The notes: generated from the sequence alone by a model not told the origin. Shown: positions 18,847 through 28,655, counted from the first letter of the stretch. The stretch: 64,000 nt of DNA from an uncultured bacterium (GCA_963727525.1 CAVSGO010000007.1:704001-768000); one strand, 5' to 3'. Made by a program: numbers and translations.

Positions 18847-19514
18847 GCGGTGCCGTGATCGCGATGGTGCCTGCGGACGACGCCCTGGCACCCATGCTGA
18901 TCCCGCTGGCGGATCACGCGGCGGAGCACCTCGATCTCGCGCGCTGGCTGGCTGCCATCACGCTGGTGGCCGACGATCTCGAGGACGATGAGCGGCCGTG
19001 GTTCGATCTCGCGCGCGAGGGCGAACGTCGGGCGCTCACGGTGTACCTGCACCCCGACGCCGTGCTCAAGGATCACCCCCGCGGGATCGGACCACGGGCG
19101 CAGCGGCCGGCCTGGGAACTTTCGGCGCCGCCACCTGCGCCGGCACCCCCGGCGGTCGACAGCTTCTCGCCCGTCAAGGCGCAGCGTGTGCTGCACCATC
19201 TGTTCCTGCTGGTGCGCGATCTCTGCGACGGGTCGCTGACGCCGGCCGACGTACCGTCGTCCCTGGCCGAAGCCTTCCAGGAAGCGTGGGCCGTCACGGT
19301 CGACGGGCGGTTGCGGCGTGCGGGCTGGCCGGGGCTCAGCGAGGGCGAGCGCCGGATTCGCTTCCTGCGTCTTTTCGCGACCGGTGGCGTGGTCACGCCG
19401 GCACACTGGCAGGTCTTTCACGAGTTGTGGACGGGCGAAGCGGCGGTCCAGGCAGAGGTACTGCGGCGCGTACGACGCTTGCCGCCGCTGCCACGCCGCG
19501 GTATTGCCGTCTGA
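18843..19514 (+). CDS. Hypothetical protein, translationally coupled to tnaA
   Basis: ATGA overlap with tnaA stop, 223 aa; contains LHHLFLLVRD...W..TVDGRL. Confidence 0.75.
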   Translation: MSGAVIAMVPADDALAPMLIPLADHAAEHLDLARWLAAITLVADDLEDDERPWFDLAREGERRALTVYLHPDAVLKDHPRGIGPRAQRPAWELSAPPPAPAPPAVDSFSPVKAQRVLHHLFLLVRDLCDGSLTPADVPSSLAEAFQEAWAVTVDGRLRRAGWPGLSEGERRIRFLRLFATGGVVTPAHWQVFHELWTGEAAVQAEVLRRVRRLPPLPRRGIAV

Positions 19515-19614
19515 GCGCCTGTTGCATGCGGGGGCATTCCTATTTGCTTTTTTCGCCCACGTGTCGCAATTTCAAGGACGTACGAGAACGAGGCCGACAT
19601 TTGGCGCCCGAGTA

Positions 19615-19644
19615 TTGACGCAGGTGTAGCAAGGGGCTTACATT
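19615..19644 (+). promoter_or_regulatory. Sigma70-like promoter for lipoprotein gene
   Basis: TTGACG-18bp-TACATT in an AT-enriched intergenic region. Confidence 0.5.
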
Positions 19645-19715
19645 CCCGTGCAGGCCTGATCTCGCGCGTCGTTGATCTCGCGCGGGTTGCGCGTTCCCCA
19701 AGGGAGGTTGCTTTC

Positions 19716-20588
19716 ATGAAGTCGCCGCGTTGCTGGGTTTCACTGGTCGTTCTCGCGTTGCTGGCGAGCCTGACGCTGTCGGGCATGGTCGGTTGCGCCA
19801 AGAAAGAACCGGTCGACCCCTACGTGTACGCCTCCCTGCGTCAGATCATGACAGGTGCGGTCCTGGATACGGTCACCCGCAACTTCACGTTCGAGATCGA
19901 CGCGCCTCGCTTCGAGTACGTGCGGGGCAACGTGGGTATCATCCGCGACGGCAACATGCTCCAGTTCCTGGTGGCGAAGGATCTCGAAAACCTCGCACCA
20001 CGGCTGAAGGGTGCGCTCCTGGGCGTACGCATGACGTTCACGCCGTCGCCGACGCACCTCGTGCTGCAGCGCATCAAGCGCAACGGCGTGGTCGAGCAGG
20101 ACAGCATGCCGGCCCCCGAGAAATACGAACTGCCGCATCTGCTGCGTTCGGTCGACATGGAAGAGCCGGGCGCGCCGCTGCCCGACATGAAGTGGCGCGA
20201 CTCCAAGTCGATCGAGCAGTTCCTGCCGGCGGAAGACTCGACGGAATTGCTGAAGGTACAATCCGCCGTGGAGAAGCTGGTCTGGAAGCCGAAGTTCGAT
20301 CTTCCGGATTCGGTCATGGCCAACCCCTCGCCGAAGGATATGGCCTGGTACGCGGTGTTCCCCGACGCCACGGTGCAGATCGTGGACGTGACGCCGGGCG
20401 CCGACTACATGCTGCACCTGCTCCTGGATAAGGACCTGCCGCTGGTCGGCTCGTTCTCCATGAAGTCCATGTTCGAATACGTGGATCGCAAGAAGGAGCA
20501 CCCGGACCTCGGCCACGTGATCGGGACGATGAAGGTCAACTGGTTCCGTTATGCCAACACGTTCGTCCAGGCCAGCGAGGAAGACTAG
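19716..20588 (+). CDS. Putative lipoprotein of unknown function
   Basis: GGAGG RBS; signal peptide ending in lipobox-like MVG-C; strong GC3 codon bias. Confidence 0.8.
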   Translation: MKSPRCWVSLVVLALLASLTLSGMVGCAKKEPVDPYVYASLRQIMTGAVLDTVTRNFTFEIDAPRFEYVRGNVGIIRDGNMLQFLVAKDLENLAPRLKGALLGVRMTFTPSPTHLVLQRIKRNGVVEQDSMPAPEKYELPHLLRSVDMEEPGAPLPDMKWRDSKSIEQFLPAEDSTELLKVQSAVEKLVWKPKFDLPDSVMANPSPKDMAWYAVFPDATVQIVDVTPGADYMLHLLLDKDLPLVGSFSMKSMFEYVDRKKEHPDLGHVIGTMKVNWFRYANTFVQASEED

Positions 20589-20603
20589 CTCGTACCGCCG
20601 GAC

Positions 20604-20688
20604 GCGAATCGCGACGCGGAGAGGCCGCTGTACGAGGAGAGGCCCTTGGGCGTGCCCGGGGGCCTCTTACTCGTGCGCCGCGATTCGT
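20604..20688. terminator. Long imperfect hairpin between convergent lipoprotein and pfkA genes
   Basis: AGAGGCCCTTGGG(20638-50)/CCCGGGGGCCTCT(20655-67) stem extended by GTACGAG/CTCGTGC and CGAATCGCG/CGCGATTCG; no U-tract. Confidence 0.55.
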
Positions 20689-20694
20689 GGCGCA

Positions 20695-21657
20695 TCACAC
20701 GAGCAACTTGTGCATATCCCAGTCGCGCTGTAGCGCCTTGTGGTCGGCGCCGCCGCGCTTAACCAGCGCGCTCGTCTTCAGCTTGTTCGACACCAGTCCC
20801 ACCATCACGCCGTGCTCGCCTTTGAAGAGCAGCTCGGTGGCGTGGTGCGCCAGCCGCGTGGCGAGAATGCGGTCGAAGGCCGATGGCGCCCCACCTCGTT
20901 GCACGTGCCCGAGCACCACCATCCGGACCTGGCGTTGCAGACGGCTGTTGATCTCGTAGGTCACGTAGCTCGCCTTGGCTGCGCCTTCGGCCACGATGAT
21001 GAGCGCGTGGTACTTCCCCTTGGCATACCCCTGTTCGATCGTACGGCACACGTCGTCGAGGTTGAACGGAATCTCCGGGACCAGCACCTCCTCGGCGCCA
21101 CAGGCGATCGCGGTCTGCACTGCGAGCAACCCGTAGTCGCGCCCCATGACCTCGATGACGAAGATGCGGCCGTGGCTCGATGCGGTGTCGCGTACCTTGT
21201 CGACGGCCTCCACGGCGATGTTCAGGGCCGTGTCGTAGCCGATCGCCATGTCCGTGCCGGCGATGTCGTTGTCGATGGTGGCCGGCACGCCCACCACGGG
21301 CAGGTCGAAGACGCGCTCCAGCTTGTCCGCGCCGCGGAAACTGCCGTCGCCGCCGATGATGACCATGCCGTCCAGCTTCAGCTTCTTGAGCGCCTTGCCC
21401 ACCGTCGCCGTGCCGGCGTCCGTGGCGAACTCGGGATAGCGGAACGTCCGCAACATCGTGCCGCCAATGTGCAGGATGCCGCTGGCCGAGCCGGGTCCCA
21501 TCACATGCGCATTCCCCTCGGCCAGCCCCTGCCAGCCGCGATCGATGCCGATGACCTGGGCGTCGTGCGCCCAGGCCGTGCGGATGACCGCCCGCAATGC
21601 GGCGTTCATGCCGGCAGCGTCGCCGCCGCCCGTGAGCACTCCGATTCTCTTCATCAT
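20695..21657 (-). CDS. pfkA: ATP-dependent 6-phosphofructokinase
   Basis: LTGGGDAAGMN, IGGDGS, TIDND, EVMGR, LGHVQRGG. Confidence 0.96.
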   Translation of the reverse strand: MMKRIGVLTGGGDAAGMNAALRAVIRTAWAHDAQVIGIDRGWQGLAEGNAHVMGPGSASGILHIGGTMLRTFRYPEFATDAGTATVGKALKKLKLDGMVIIGGDGSFRGADKLERVFDLPVVGVPATIDNDIAGTDMAIGYDTALNIAVEAVDKVRDTASSHGRIFVIEVMGRDYGLLAVQTAIACGAEEVLVPEIPFNLDDVCRTIEQGYAKGKYHALIIVAEGAAKASYVTYEINSRLQRQVRMVVLGHVQRGGAPSAFDRILATRLAHHATELLFKGEHGVMVGLVSNKLKTSALVKRGGADHKALQRDWDMHKLLV

Positions 21658-23096
21658 GTGCCTCCGGTCGCTCCATCGTCGTTTGTTCGATCTCGATGCG
21701 TCCGGCGCGCGTGCCAGGCGGCGATCTGCTCGAGCCGTCGGGTCAGCTCTGCCTCGAATCCCTTGTGCGTCGGCCGGTAGAAGACGCGCCCAGCCAGATC
21801 GTCGGGCAAGCCGTTCATGGCGGCGACGCCCGCTGCCGTGTCGTGCGCATAGATATATCCCTCGCCGTACCCGAGGCCCTTCATCAACCGCGTCGGCGCA
21901 TTGCGCAGGTGCAGGGGAACGGGCGGGTTGGTCCCCTCCCGCACCTCGCGCTGGGCCGCCTGCACGGCGGTGTAGAGCGCGTTGCTCTTGGGGGCCAGGG
22001 CCAGGTAGACGGCCGCCTGCGCCAGCGCCAGCGCGCCCTCCGGCAGCCCCAGGAAGTGCACTGCATCGCGGGCGGCGAGCGCCTGTTCGAGGGCCCGGGG
22101 ATCGGCGAGGCCCACATCCTCGCTGGCGAAGCGGACGAGGCGCCGGGCGATGTACAGGGGATCCTCGCCGCCCTCGAGCATACGCGTCAGCCAGTACACC
22201 CCGGCCTGGGGATCGCTGTTGCGCAGGCTCTTGTGCAGCGCGCTGATCAGGTTGAAGTGTTCCTCGCCTGCCTTGTCGTAGCGCACGGCGCGGTGCTGGA
22301 TGAGCTGGTGCAGATCCGCGACGCTCAGTGGCTGCGATGGTGTGCCCAGCGTGACCTCGGGATGCGCGCGGCGCCGTTCCGACACCGCGGCGGTGACGGC
22401 GTCGAGCAGGCCGAGCGCCTGCCGGGCGTCGCCTTCGCTGATCCCGGCCAGGGCATCCAGCGCGTCGTTGCCCAGGGTGACATCGCGGCCGGCGAGGCCG
22501 GCCGGCGCGACGAGCGCGCGCACGAGTACGGTGCGCACGTGTTCGGGCGCCAGCGGCTGCAGCACGAAGAGGCGCAAGCGCGACAGGAGGGCCGCATTCA
22601 CCTCGAAGCTCGGATTCTCCGTCGTAGCGCCGATCAGTGTCACGTCGCCGCGCTCCACCCAGGGCAGGAGCGCGTCCTGCTGTGCCTTGTTGAAGCGGTG
22701 GATCTCGTCGAGGAAGAGTATCGTGCGCTGGCCCGCGGCGCGGCGCAGCTTCTGCGCCTCCGCCATCACGGCCTTGAGTTCCCTGGAGCCCACGGCCACG
22801 GCGCTGAACTCGAGGAAGCGTGCCCGGGTGTGGCCCGCTATGAGTCGCGCCAGGGTCGTCTTGCCGCTGCCCGGGGGACCCCAGAAGAGGAGCGATGGCA
22901 CCACGTCGGCCTCGAGCAACGGGCGCAGGGGGCCGGCGTCGGCGAGCAGTTCGGTCTGGCCGACCACCTCGTCCAGCGACTGCGGTCGAACGCGCTCGGC
23001 GAGCGGCAACTCGCCACCCGTAGCGTCGAGCGTGCTTCGCGAGACTTCGGGACGCGAATTGGCGGACGCGTCGGGACGGAAGAGATCACCATTCAT
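21654..23096 (-). CDS. rarA: Replication-associated recombination protein A (RarA/MgsA AAA+ ATPase)
   Basis: PLAERVRP, WGPPGSGKTT, LDEIHRFNKAQQD, GATTENPSF, ISALHKSLR, ASEDVG, VPLHLRN. Confidence 0.96.
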   Translation of the reverse strand: MNGDLFRPDASANSRPEVSRSTLDATGGELPLAERVRPQSLDEVVGQTELLADAGPLRPLLEADVVPSLLFWGPPGSGKTTLARLIAGHTRARFLEFSAVAVGSRELKAVMAEAQKLRRAAGQRTILFLDEIHRFNKAQQDALLPWVERGDVTLIGATTENPSFEVNAALLSRLRLFVLQPLAPEHVRTVLVRALVAPAGLAGRDVTLGNDALDALAGISEGDARQALGLLDAVTAAVSERRRAHPEVTLGTPSQPLSVADLHQLIQHRAVRYDKAGEEHFNLISALHKSLRNSDPQAGVYWLTRMLEGGEDPLYIARRLVRFASEDVGLADPRALEQALAARDAVHFLGLPEGALALAQAAVYLALAPKSNALYTAVQAAQREVREGTNPPVPLHLRNAPTRLMKGLGYGEGYIYAHDTAAGVAAMNGLPDDLAGRVFYRPTHKGFEAELTRRLEQIAAWHARRTHRDRTNDDGATGGT

Positions 23097-23103
23097 GGGC
23101 GCG

Positions 23104-23131
23104 ATACTAGCGAGTTATGCGCAAGACGCAA
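23104..23131 (-). promoter_or_regulatory. Possible sigma70 promoter of rarA-pfkA (would give a leaderless mRNA)
   Basis: Minus strand TTGCGT-16bp-TAGTAT, 7 nt before the rarA ATG; no SD. Confidence 0.45.
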
Positions 23132-23143
23132 CGTCGACCTTGG

Positions 23144-23172
23144 TTGACGCCGCCGGAACCTGGTTCTACCAT
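23144..23172 (+). promoter_or_regulatory. Sigma70-like promoter for deoB operon
   Basis: TTGACG-17bp-TACCAT. Confidence 0.55.
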
Positions 23173-23221
23173 CCCGGTTGCCTCGTGAAACGGCGCAAAC
23201 ACCCACTCAAGGGAGGTCGAC

Positions 23222-24415
23222 GTGGCCCGAGCGGTGCTCATCATTCTCGACGGCGTGGGGGTCGGCCAGGCGCCCGACGCGGCGGAGTACGGCGACACCG
23301 GCAGCGACACCCTCGGCAACCTGGCACGCGCGGTCGGCGGTTTGCGGCTCCCGACCCTGCAGGGCCTCGGTCTCGGCGGGTGCGGAGCGATCGCGGGCGT
23401 GCCGCGGGCGGATCGCGCGCAGGCGAGCTGGGGCCGTTTGCGAGAGGTGTCGGCCGGCAAGGACTCCACGACCGGCCACTGGGAGCTGATGGGCATCGTC
23501 ACCGACACGCCCTTCCCCACCTATCCCGACGGTTTCCCGCGTGAGGTGATGGACGCCTTTCGCGCCCGCACCGGCTACGACTACCTGGGCAACGAGGCCG
23601 CCAGCGGCACCGAGATCATCCAGCGACTCGGCGACGAGCATGTGCGCACGGGCAAGCCCATCGTCTACACCAGTGCCGACTCCGTCTTCCAGATCGCGGC
23701 TCACGAACACGTGATCGCGCTGGACGAGCTGTATCGCATCTGCGAGGAGGCGCGGGCCCTGCTCGTTCCCCCGCACCAGGTGAGCCGCGTCATTGCGCGG
23801 CCGTTCGTGGGCACCAGCGGGCACTACGAGCGCACGCCGAGCCGCCACGACTACTCCGTGAAGCCGCCCGCGCAGCTCGGCCTTCACGCGCTGCGCCACG
23901 CCGGCGTCACGGTCACGACGATCGGCAAGATCGTCGACCTCTACGCTGGCGAGGGCGTCGACCGCGCCGTAAAGAGCCGCAGCAACGCCGAGGGGATGCG
24001 TCTGCTTGCCGAGCTGTACGCGGAACACGAGCACGATCCCGCCTTCCTGATGGTCAACCTGGTCGACTTCGACACGCTCTGGGGCCACCGCAACGATCCG
24101 GTCGGGTTCCGCGAGGGGCTGGAGGTGTTCGATGCCTGGCTGGCCACCTTCGTCCCGCAACTCGATGCCGGCGATCTACTCCTCATCACGGCCGACCATG
24201 GCAACGATCCCACCACGCCGAGCACTGATCACTCGCGCGAGGAGGTACCCGTGCTCGCGCTGCTGGCCGGCGGCGCCGGCGGAGTGGACCTCGGCGTGCG
24301 CGAGACATTCGCCGACCTCGGGGCCACGGTGGCGGCGTTCTTCGCCGCCGCAGCGCCCGCCGTTGGCACCAGCTTCCTGCCCTCCGTGCGGGGCGCCGCC
24401 GGGGGCGTGTCGTGA
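23222..24415 (+). CDS. deoB: Phosphopentomutase
   Basis: LDGVGVG, GKDSTTGHWE, YTSADSVFQIAAHE, NLVDFD..GHRND, TADHGNDP, DHSRE. Confidence 0.96.
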   Translation: MARAVLIILDGVGVGQAPDAAEYGDTGSDTLGNLARAVGGLRLPTLQGLGLGGCGAIAGVPRADRAQASWGRLREVSAGKDSTTGHWELMGIVTDTPFPTYPDGFPREVMDAFRARTGYDYLGNEAASGTEIIQRLGDEHVRTGKPIVYTSADSVFQIAAHEHVIALDELYRICEEARALLVPPHQVSRVIARPFVGTSGHYERTPSRHDYSVKPPAQLGLHALRHAGVTVTTIGKIVDLYAGEGVDRAVKSRSNAEGMRLLAELYAEHEHDPAFLMVNLVDFDTLWGHRNDPVGFREGLEVFDAWLATFVPQLDAGDLLLITADHGNDPTTPSTDHSREEVPVLALLAGGAGGVDLGVRETFADLGATVAAFFAAAAPAVGTSFLPSVRGAAGGVS

Positions 24416-24846
24416 GCGAATCCTACCATCTCCTGGTCGCGGCGGCGTGCGAAGCGCGGGAGCAGAGCTACTCGCCCTACTCGCGGTTCCGCGTGGGGGC
24501 GGCCCTCCTCTGCACGAGCGGCCGCGTGGTCACGGGTACCAACGTCGAGAACGCGAGCTTCGGCCTCTCGCTCTGTGCCGAGCGGGCGGCCGTGGTACGC
24601 GCCGTCGCGGAGGGGGAGCGCTCGTTCGAGGCCATTGCGATCTGCGCCGACGGCGCCAAGCCAACGCCCCCCTGCGGGGCGTGCCGGCAGGTACTGCTCG
24701 AGTTCGGCCCTGACATGGTGGTCGTGATCGCGGGCGAGCTCGGGCCTGGTGGGCCAATGAAGAGGTATATCCTGCGCGACCTCGTGCCCGAAGCCTTCAC
24801 CGACTTCGTGTCGGCGCCGCCGCCACCGCGGCCGGAAGGGGCTTGA
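24412..24846 (+). CDS. cdd: Cytidine deaminase (homotetrameric type)
   Basis: YSPYSRFRVGAA, NVENAS, CAE, PCGACRQ. Confidence 0.95.
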   Translation: MSESYHLLVAAACEAREQSYSPYSRFRVGAALLCTSGRVVTGTNVENASFGLSLCAERAAVVRAVAEGERSFEAIAICADGAKPTPPCGACRQVLLEFGPDMVVVIAGELGPGGPMKRYILRDLVPEAFTDFVSAPPPPRPEGA

Positions 24847-24850
24847 AGGC

Positions 24851-26179
24851 GTGGACATCCTCGACATCATCGAGACCAAGAAGCGGGGCCGCCCGCTGAC
24901 GCCCGCGCAGCTCGACTTCCTCGTCGACGGCTTCACGGCCGACCGCGTTCCGCGCTACCAGATGGCGGCATTCCTCATGGCCGTCTACTTCCGCGGCCTC
25001 GACGCGCACGAGACCGCCGCGCTCACCGACGCCATGCTCCGCTCGGGCGAACAGCTCGATGTCTCCGACCTGGGCGGCCCCACGGCCGACAAGCATTCCA
25101 CCGGCGGCGTGGGCGACAAGGTGAGCCTGCTGCTCGCGCCTCTCGCGGCGGCCTGCGGGCTGCGCGTGCCGATGCTCTCCGGGCGGGGCCTCGGGCACAC
25201 AGGCGGTACGCTCGACAAGCTCGAGGCGATTCCCGGCTACCGGATCCATCTGCCCACGCACGCGTTCCTCGACGTGGTCCGTGACGTCGGCTGTGCCATC
25301 GTCGGCCAGAGTGGCAGCATCGCACCTGCCGATGGCAAGATCTACGCGCTGCGCGACGTCACCGGCACCGTCGACTGCGTGCCGCTCATCACGGCGTCGA
25401 TCATGTCCAAGAAGCTGGCCGCCGGTCCCGAGACGATCGTCATCGATCTGAAGACCGGCAGCGGCGCGTTCATGACCGACCTTGTCCGGGCCCGCGAACT
25501 GGCCCACGCCCTCGTCGCCGTGGGGCGGGCCTACGGGCGACGCCTGGCCGTCCTCTTCACGGACATGGCCCAGCCCCTCGGCGTGGCGATCGGCCACGCG
25601 AGCGAGGCGCGGGAGGCCTTCCAGGCTCTGCGGCCCGGCGGGCGCGCTGGCGCGCCGCCCGATCTGGTCGATCTCACGGAACAGCTCGTCGCCACGATGG
25701 TGCATGTTGCGGGTCTCGATCCGACGGCTGCAGCGGCGCTCGCGCGCGTGCGCAAGGCGTGGACGGGTGGCGACGCCTGGACGCGCCTGCAGGCCTGGAT
25801 CGCGGCGCAGGGTGGGCATCTCGACTGGGACGCCGACGACCTCGGCCTCGCTGTCGCGCCAGTGGCCCGGAACGTCGAGGCGACCGGCGACGGCTGGCTC
25901 GAGGTGCTGGATTGCCGCGAACTCGGACTCGCGCTGGCCGACCTCGGCGGCGCACGGCGTCGGGTGGAGGATCCGGTCGATCCGCAGGTTGGGCTCGACT
26001 GGCTGGCGCGCAACGGCGCACGGGTGGAGGCGGGGCAGCCCCTCGTGGCCATCCGTACGGCCGACCGCGCGCGCGCCGATTGCGCAGCCGCGCGCGTGCG
26101 CGCGGCACTGGTGGTGCGCGACGCGCCGTGGGAGGCGCCACCACTCGTCCAGGGGAGGCTGCCGGGCGATTCCCCCTAG
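24851..26179 (+). CDS. deoA: Thymidine/pyrimidine-nucleoside phosphorylase
   Basis: DKHSTGGVGDK, SGRGLGHTGGTLDKLE, YALRDVT, SIMSKK. Confidence 0.93.
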   Translation: MDILDIIETKKRGRPLTPAQLDFLVDGFTADRVPRYQMAAFLMAVYFRGLDAHETAALTDAMLRSGEQLDVSDLGGPTADKHSTGGVGDKVSLLLAPLAAACGLRVPMLSGRGLGHTGGTLDKLEAIPGYRIHLPTHAFLDVVRDVGCAIVGQSGSIAPADGKIYALRDVTGTVDCVPLITASIMSKKLAAGPETIVIDLKTGSGAFMTDLVRARELAHALVAVGRAYGRRLAVLFTDMAQPLGVAIGHASEAREAFQALRPGGRAGAPPDLVDLTEQLVATMVHVAGLDPTAAAALARVRKAWTGGDAWTRLQAWIAAQGGHLDWDADDLGLAVAPVARNVEATGDGWLEVLDCRELGLALADLGGARRRVEDPVDPQVGLDWLARNGARVEAGQPLVAIRTADRARADCAAARVRAALVVRDAPWEAPPLVQGRLPGDSP

Positions 26180-28293
26180 AAGCCGCCGTCGCCGCGCTTG
26201 TCGAGGGTCTCGAATCCCTGCGCCTGTCCCGACAGGTCGTGGATGCCGCCGCCGTGCAGGTCGCAGACCTTCTGCGGGTAGTTGTCCGGCAGGAAGATCT
26301 CGACGGCCGTGGAATCGCATCCGGGGGCGGCCAGCAGGCCCGACTGTAGACACACCGTCTTCTCGACGATCGTTGGCGGTCGCGTGAACGCCTCGTCGCC
26401 ATGCTCGTCGGCAATCTTGCCCATGGTGCTGGCCCAGATCGGCAGCGCCATGTGAGCGCCCGTCGCCTTGCGGCCCATCGGGATGGCGTCGTCGAAGCCC
26501 ACCCAGACTCCGCCGCAGAAGCTCGGCGTGAAACCGCAGAACCACGCGTTGGTGCTTTCGTTGGTGGTCCCGGTCTTGCCGGCGCCAGTCTTGGTGAACC
26601 CGCGCCAGCGCGCGCTCTTGCCGGTACCCTCCCTGAGCGTGGTCTCCAGGAGGTTCACGATGATGTACGCCTCGGCGGGATCGAGAACCTCGCGCTGCGC
26701 GATGTGCGTCTGCTCGAGGATCTCGCCGTCCACGGACTCCACGCGGTTGATCAGGTGCTGCTGCACCTGCACGCCGTGGTTGGCGAAGGTGGAGTACGCG
26801 CCCACGATCTCGCGCAGCGACAAGTCGGCGGCCCCGAGAAACACGGCCGGTACCGCCGGCATGGGCGATGTGATGCCGAGCCGACGCACGTTGTCGATCA
26901 CCGGCTGCAGGCCGAAATCGAGGTAGAGTTTCGCGGTGGGCGTGTTGATTGAACGGCTGAGCGCATAGCGCAGCGTCACCGGTCCTTCGAAGCGGCCGCT
27001 GAAGTTCTTCGGGCGCCACAGGCTCACACCGGTGTCGAGCACGAAGGGCGTGTCGAGCAGGATGCTTGCCGGCGTGTAGCCGTGCTCGAGCGCCGTGAGG
27101 TAGACGAATGGCTTGAAGAGCGAGCCCGGCTGCCGTACGGCCTGCCACGCGTTGTTCCACTTCGAGTCCGCGAACGAGCGGCCGCCCATCATCGCGAGGA
27201 TCGCGCCCGTGCGCACGTCCTCGATCAACGCGCCGCACTGCAGGTAGTCCACCCGCTCGGGGCGCTCGCCGATCGTGCTGAGGCTGTCATAGCGCGCCTT
27301 CGTTTCGGGGTAGTCGAACTCGGCTTCCAGCTTGGTGAGGTGCGTGTCGGCTGCGTCCTCCAGCCAGTGCTGGTAGTGCGGCACGAGCGTTGTCCAGACG
27401 CGCAGGCCCTCGTTGTAGAGCTTTTCGGCGCCATAGCGCTGCTCGAGTTCCTTGCGCACCTCCTCGACGTAGTAGGTCGCGAACCCGGCATCCTCGTGAT
27501 CAGCACCGGGATCGGCCACGACGACCTGCGTGGTACCGATCGTCTCGGCCTCGGCGTGCGTCAAGTAGCCCGCACCGACCATCGTGTGCAGCACCGTCGC
27601 GCGGCGCTTGTACGCGAGGTCGAGATGGGTGAAGGGGGAGTACGCGTTCGGGCGCTGGATCATGCCGGCCAGCATGGTCGTCTCGGCCGGCCCGAGCGCC
27701 CAGACGTCCTTGGCGAAGTACTGCCGCGCCGCGGCCTGCATCCCGTAGGTGCCGCGCCCCATATAGATCTGGTTGAGGTACATCGCGAGGATCTCGTCCT
27801 TGGTGTAGATCTGCTCGATCTGCACCGCGAGGATCCACTCCTTCATCTTGCGCACGACGGTCTTGTCGAAGGTCAGGAAGAGGTTGCGCGCGAGCTGCTG
27901 CGTCAGCGTGCTCGCGCCCGGCCGCGCCGACGTCGTGAGGTTGTCCCACACCACGCGCAGCAGACGCCGCGGATCGATGCCGTAGTGCTCGTAGAACCGG
28001 CGGTCTTCCACCGAGATCACGGCTTGCTGCAGCGAAGTCGGGATCCTCTCCAGCGGGACGAGCGTACGGTTCTGGGTATAGAACTCTCTCAGCGTATCGC
28101 CGTCGGCGGCGAAGAGGACCGTCTTCACCGCCGGCTGGATGTCCTGCAGGCGGCTGAGCGACGGCAGATCGCGGGAGAGCCGGCTGATCACGGCGAGCGA
28201 GATGGCCAGGGCGCCCAGGAAGCCCAGGAAGCACAGGACGAGCATCCGGACGATCCAGCGCCGCGGAATGATCAGGTTCAGGACGTTGCGCAT
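26176..28293 (-). CDS. mrcA: Class A penicillin-binding protein 1A (transglycosylase-transpeptidase)
   Basis: EDRRFYEHYG, GASTLTQQLARN, RKMKE; SLFK, SIN, KTG; GAGGAG RBS before ATG 28293. Confidence 0.92.
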   Translation of the reverse strand: MRNVLNLIIPRRWIVRMLVLCFLGFLGALAISLAVISRLSRDLPSLSRLQDIQPAVKTVLFAADGDTLREFYTQNRTLVPLERIPTSLQQAVISVEDRRFYEHYGIDPRRLLRVVWDNLTTSARPGASTLTQQLARNLFLTFDKTVVRKMKEWILAVQIEQIYTKDEILAMYLNQIYMGRGTYGMQAAARQYFAKDVWALGPAETTMLAGMIQRPNAYSPFTHLDLAYKRRATVLHTMVGAGYLTHAEAETIGTTQVVVADPGADHEDAGFATYYVEEVRKELEQRYGAEKLYNEGLRVWTTLVPHYQHWLEDAADTHLTKLEAEFDYPETKARYDSLSTIGERPERVDYLQCGALIEDVRTGAILAMMGGRSFADSKWNNAWQAVRQPGSLFKPFVYLTALEHGYTPASILLDTPFVLDTGVSLWRPKNFSGRFEGPVTLRYALSRSINTPTAKLYLDFGLQPVIDNVRRLGITSPMPAVPAVFLGAADLSLREIVGAYSTFANHGVQVQQHLINRVESVDGEILEQTHIAQREVLDPAEAYIIVNLLETTLREGTGKSARWRGFTKTGAGKTGTTNESTNAWFCGFTPSFCGGVWVGFDDAIPMGRKATGAHMALPIWASTMGKIADEHGDEAFTRPPTIVEKTVCLQSGLLAAPGCDSTAVEIFLPDNYPQKVCDLHGGGIHDLSGQAQGFETLDKRGDGGF

Positions 28294-28430
28294 GGCGCTC
28301 CTCGCCGAAATGGCCGTCCTGGGGGTGGGATCGGCCTGATCCAGGCCTCGAATGTAGGCTACCGGAGTACCCCGGTAAAGGGCCGACGGTTCCGGGGGCG
28401 AAAAAAAAACCAAGAATTGGATAATTGCGT

Positions 28431-28459
28431 TTGACACTGGCGTATAACCGGCTTACATT
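28431..28459 (+). promoter_or_regulatory. rrn promoter P1
   Basis: TTGACA-17bp-TACATT, upstream A-tract (UP-like), GC-rich discriminator. Confidence 0.8.
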
Positions 28460-28563
28460 GCCGCGCCGTTGCCGCAGTTGCGGGGCCCGGAACCGCCGGC
28501 GGCACGCGGCCTCTCGACCGGAAGGGACAGAGGCCGAGGGCCTAAAAAAAATGCAACCTCAGG

Positions 28564-28592
28564 TTGACAGATCTTTAGGCCTCGCTTAGATT
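28564..28592 (+). promoter_or_regulatory. rrn promoter P2
   Basis: TTGACA-17bp-TAGATT preceded by an A-tract. Confidence 0.8.
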
Positions 28593-28643
28593 GACAGGCC
28601 CTGCCCGAAATGGCGGGGACCAGCCGGCAGGACCGCCTGGTCA

Positions 28644-28655
28644 GCTCTTTGACAA
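28644..28655 (+). promoter_or_regulatory. boxA antitermination element (rrn leader)
   Basis: GCTCTTTGACAA; identical copy in the ITS at 30649-30660. Confidence 0.75.

Noticed and set aside
19557-19645. IHF-like or dif-like partial palindromes here and at about 5853-5880
   Set aside because: Matches are too degenerate and the spacing is inconsistent.
26176-26179. 4-bp convergent stop overlap (CTAG) of deoA and PBP1A
   Set aside because: A common arrangement in compact genomes.
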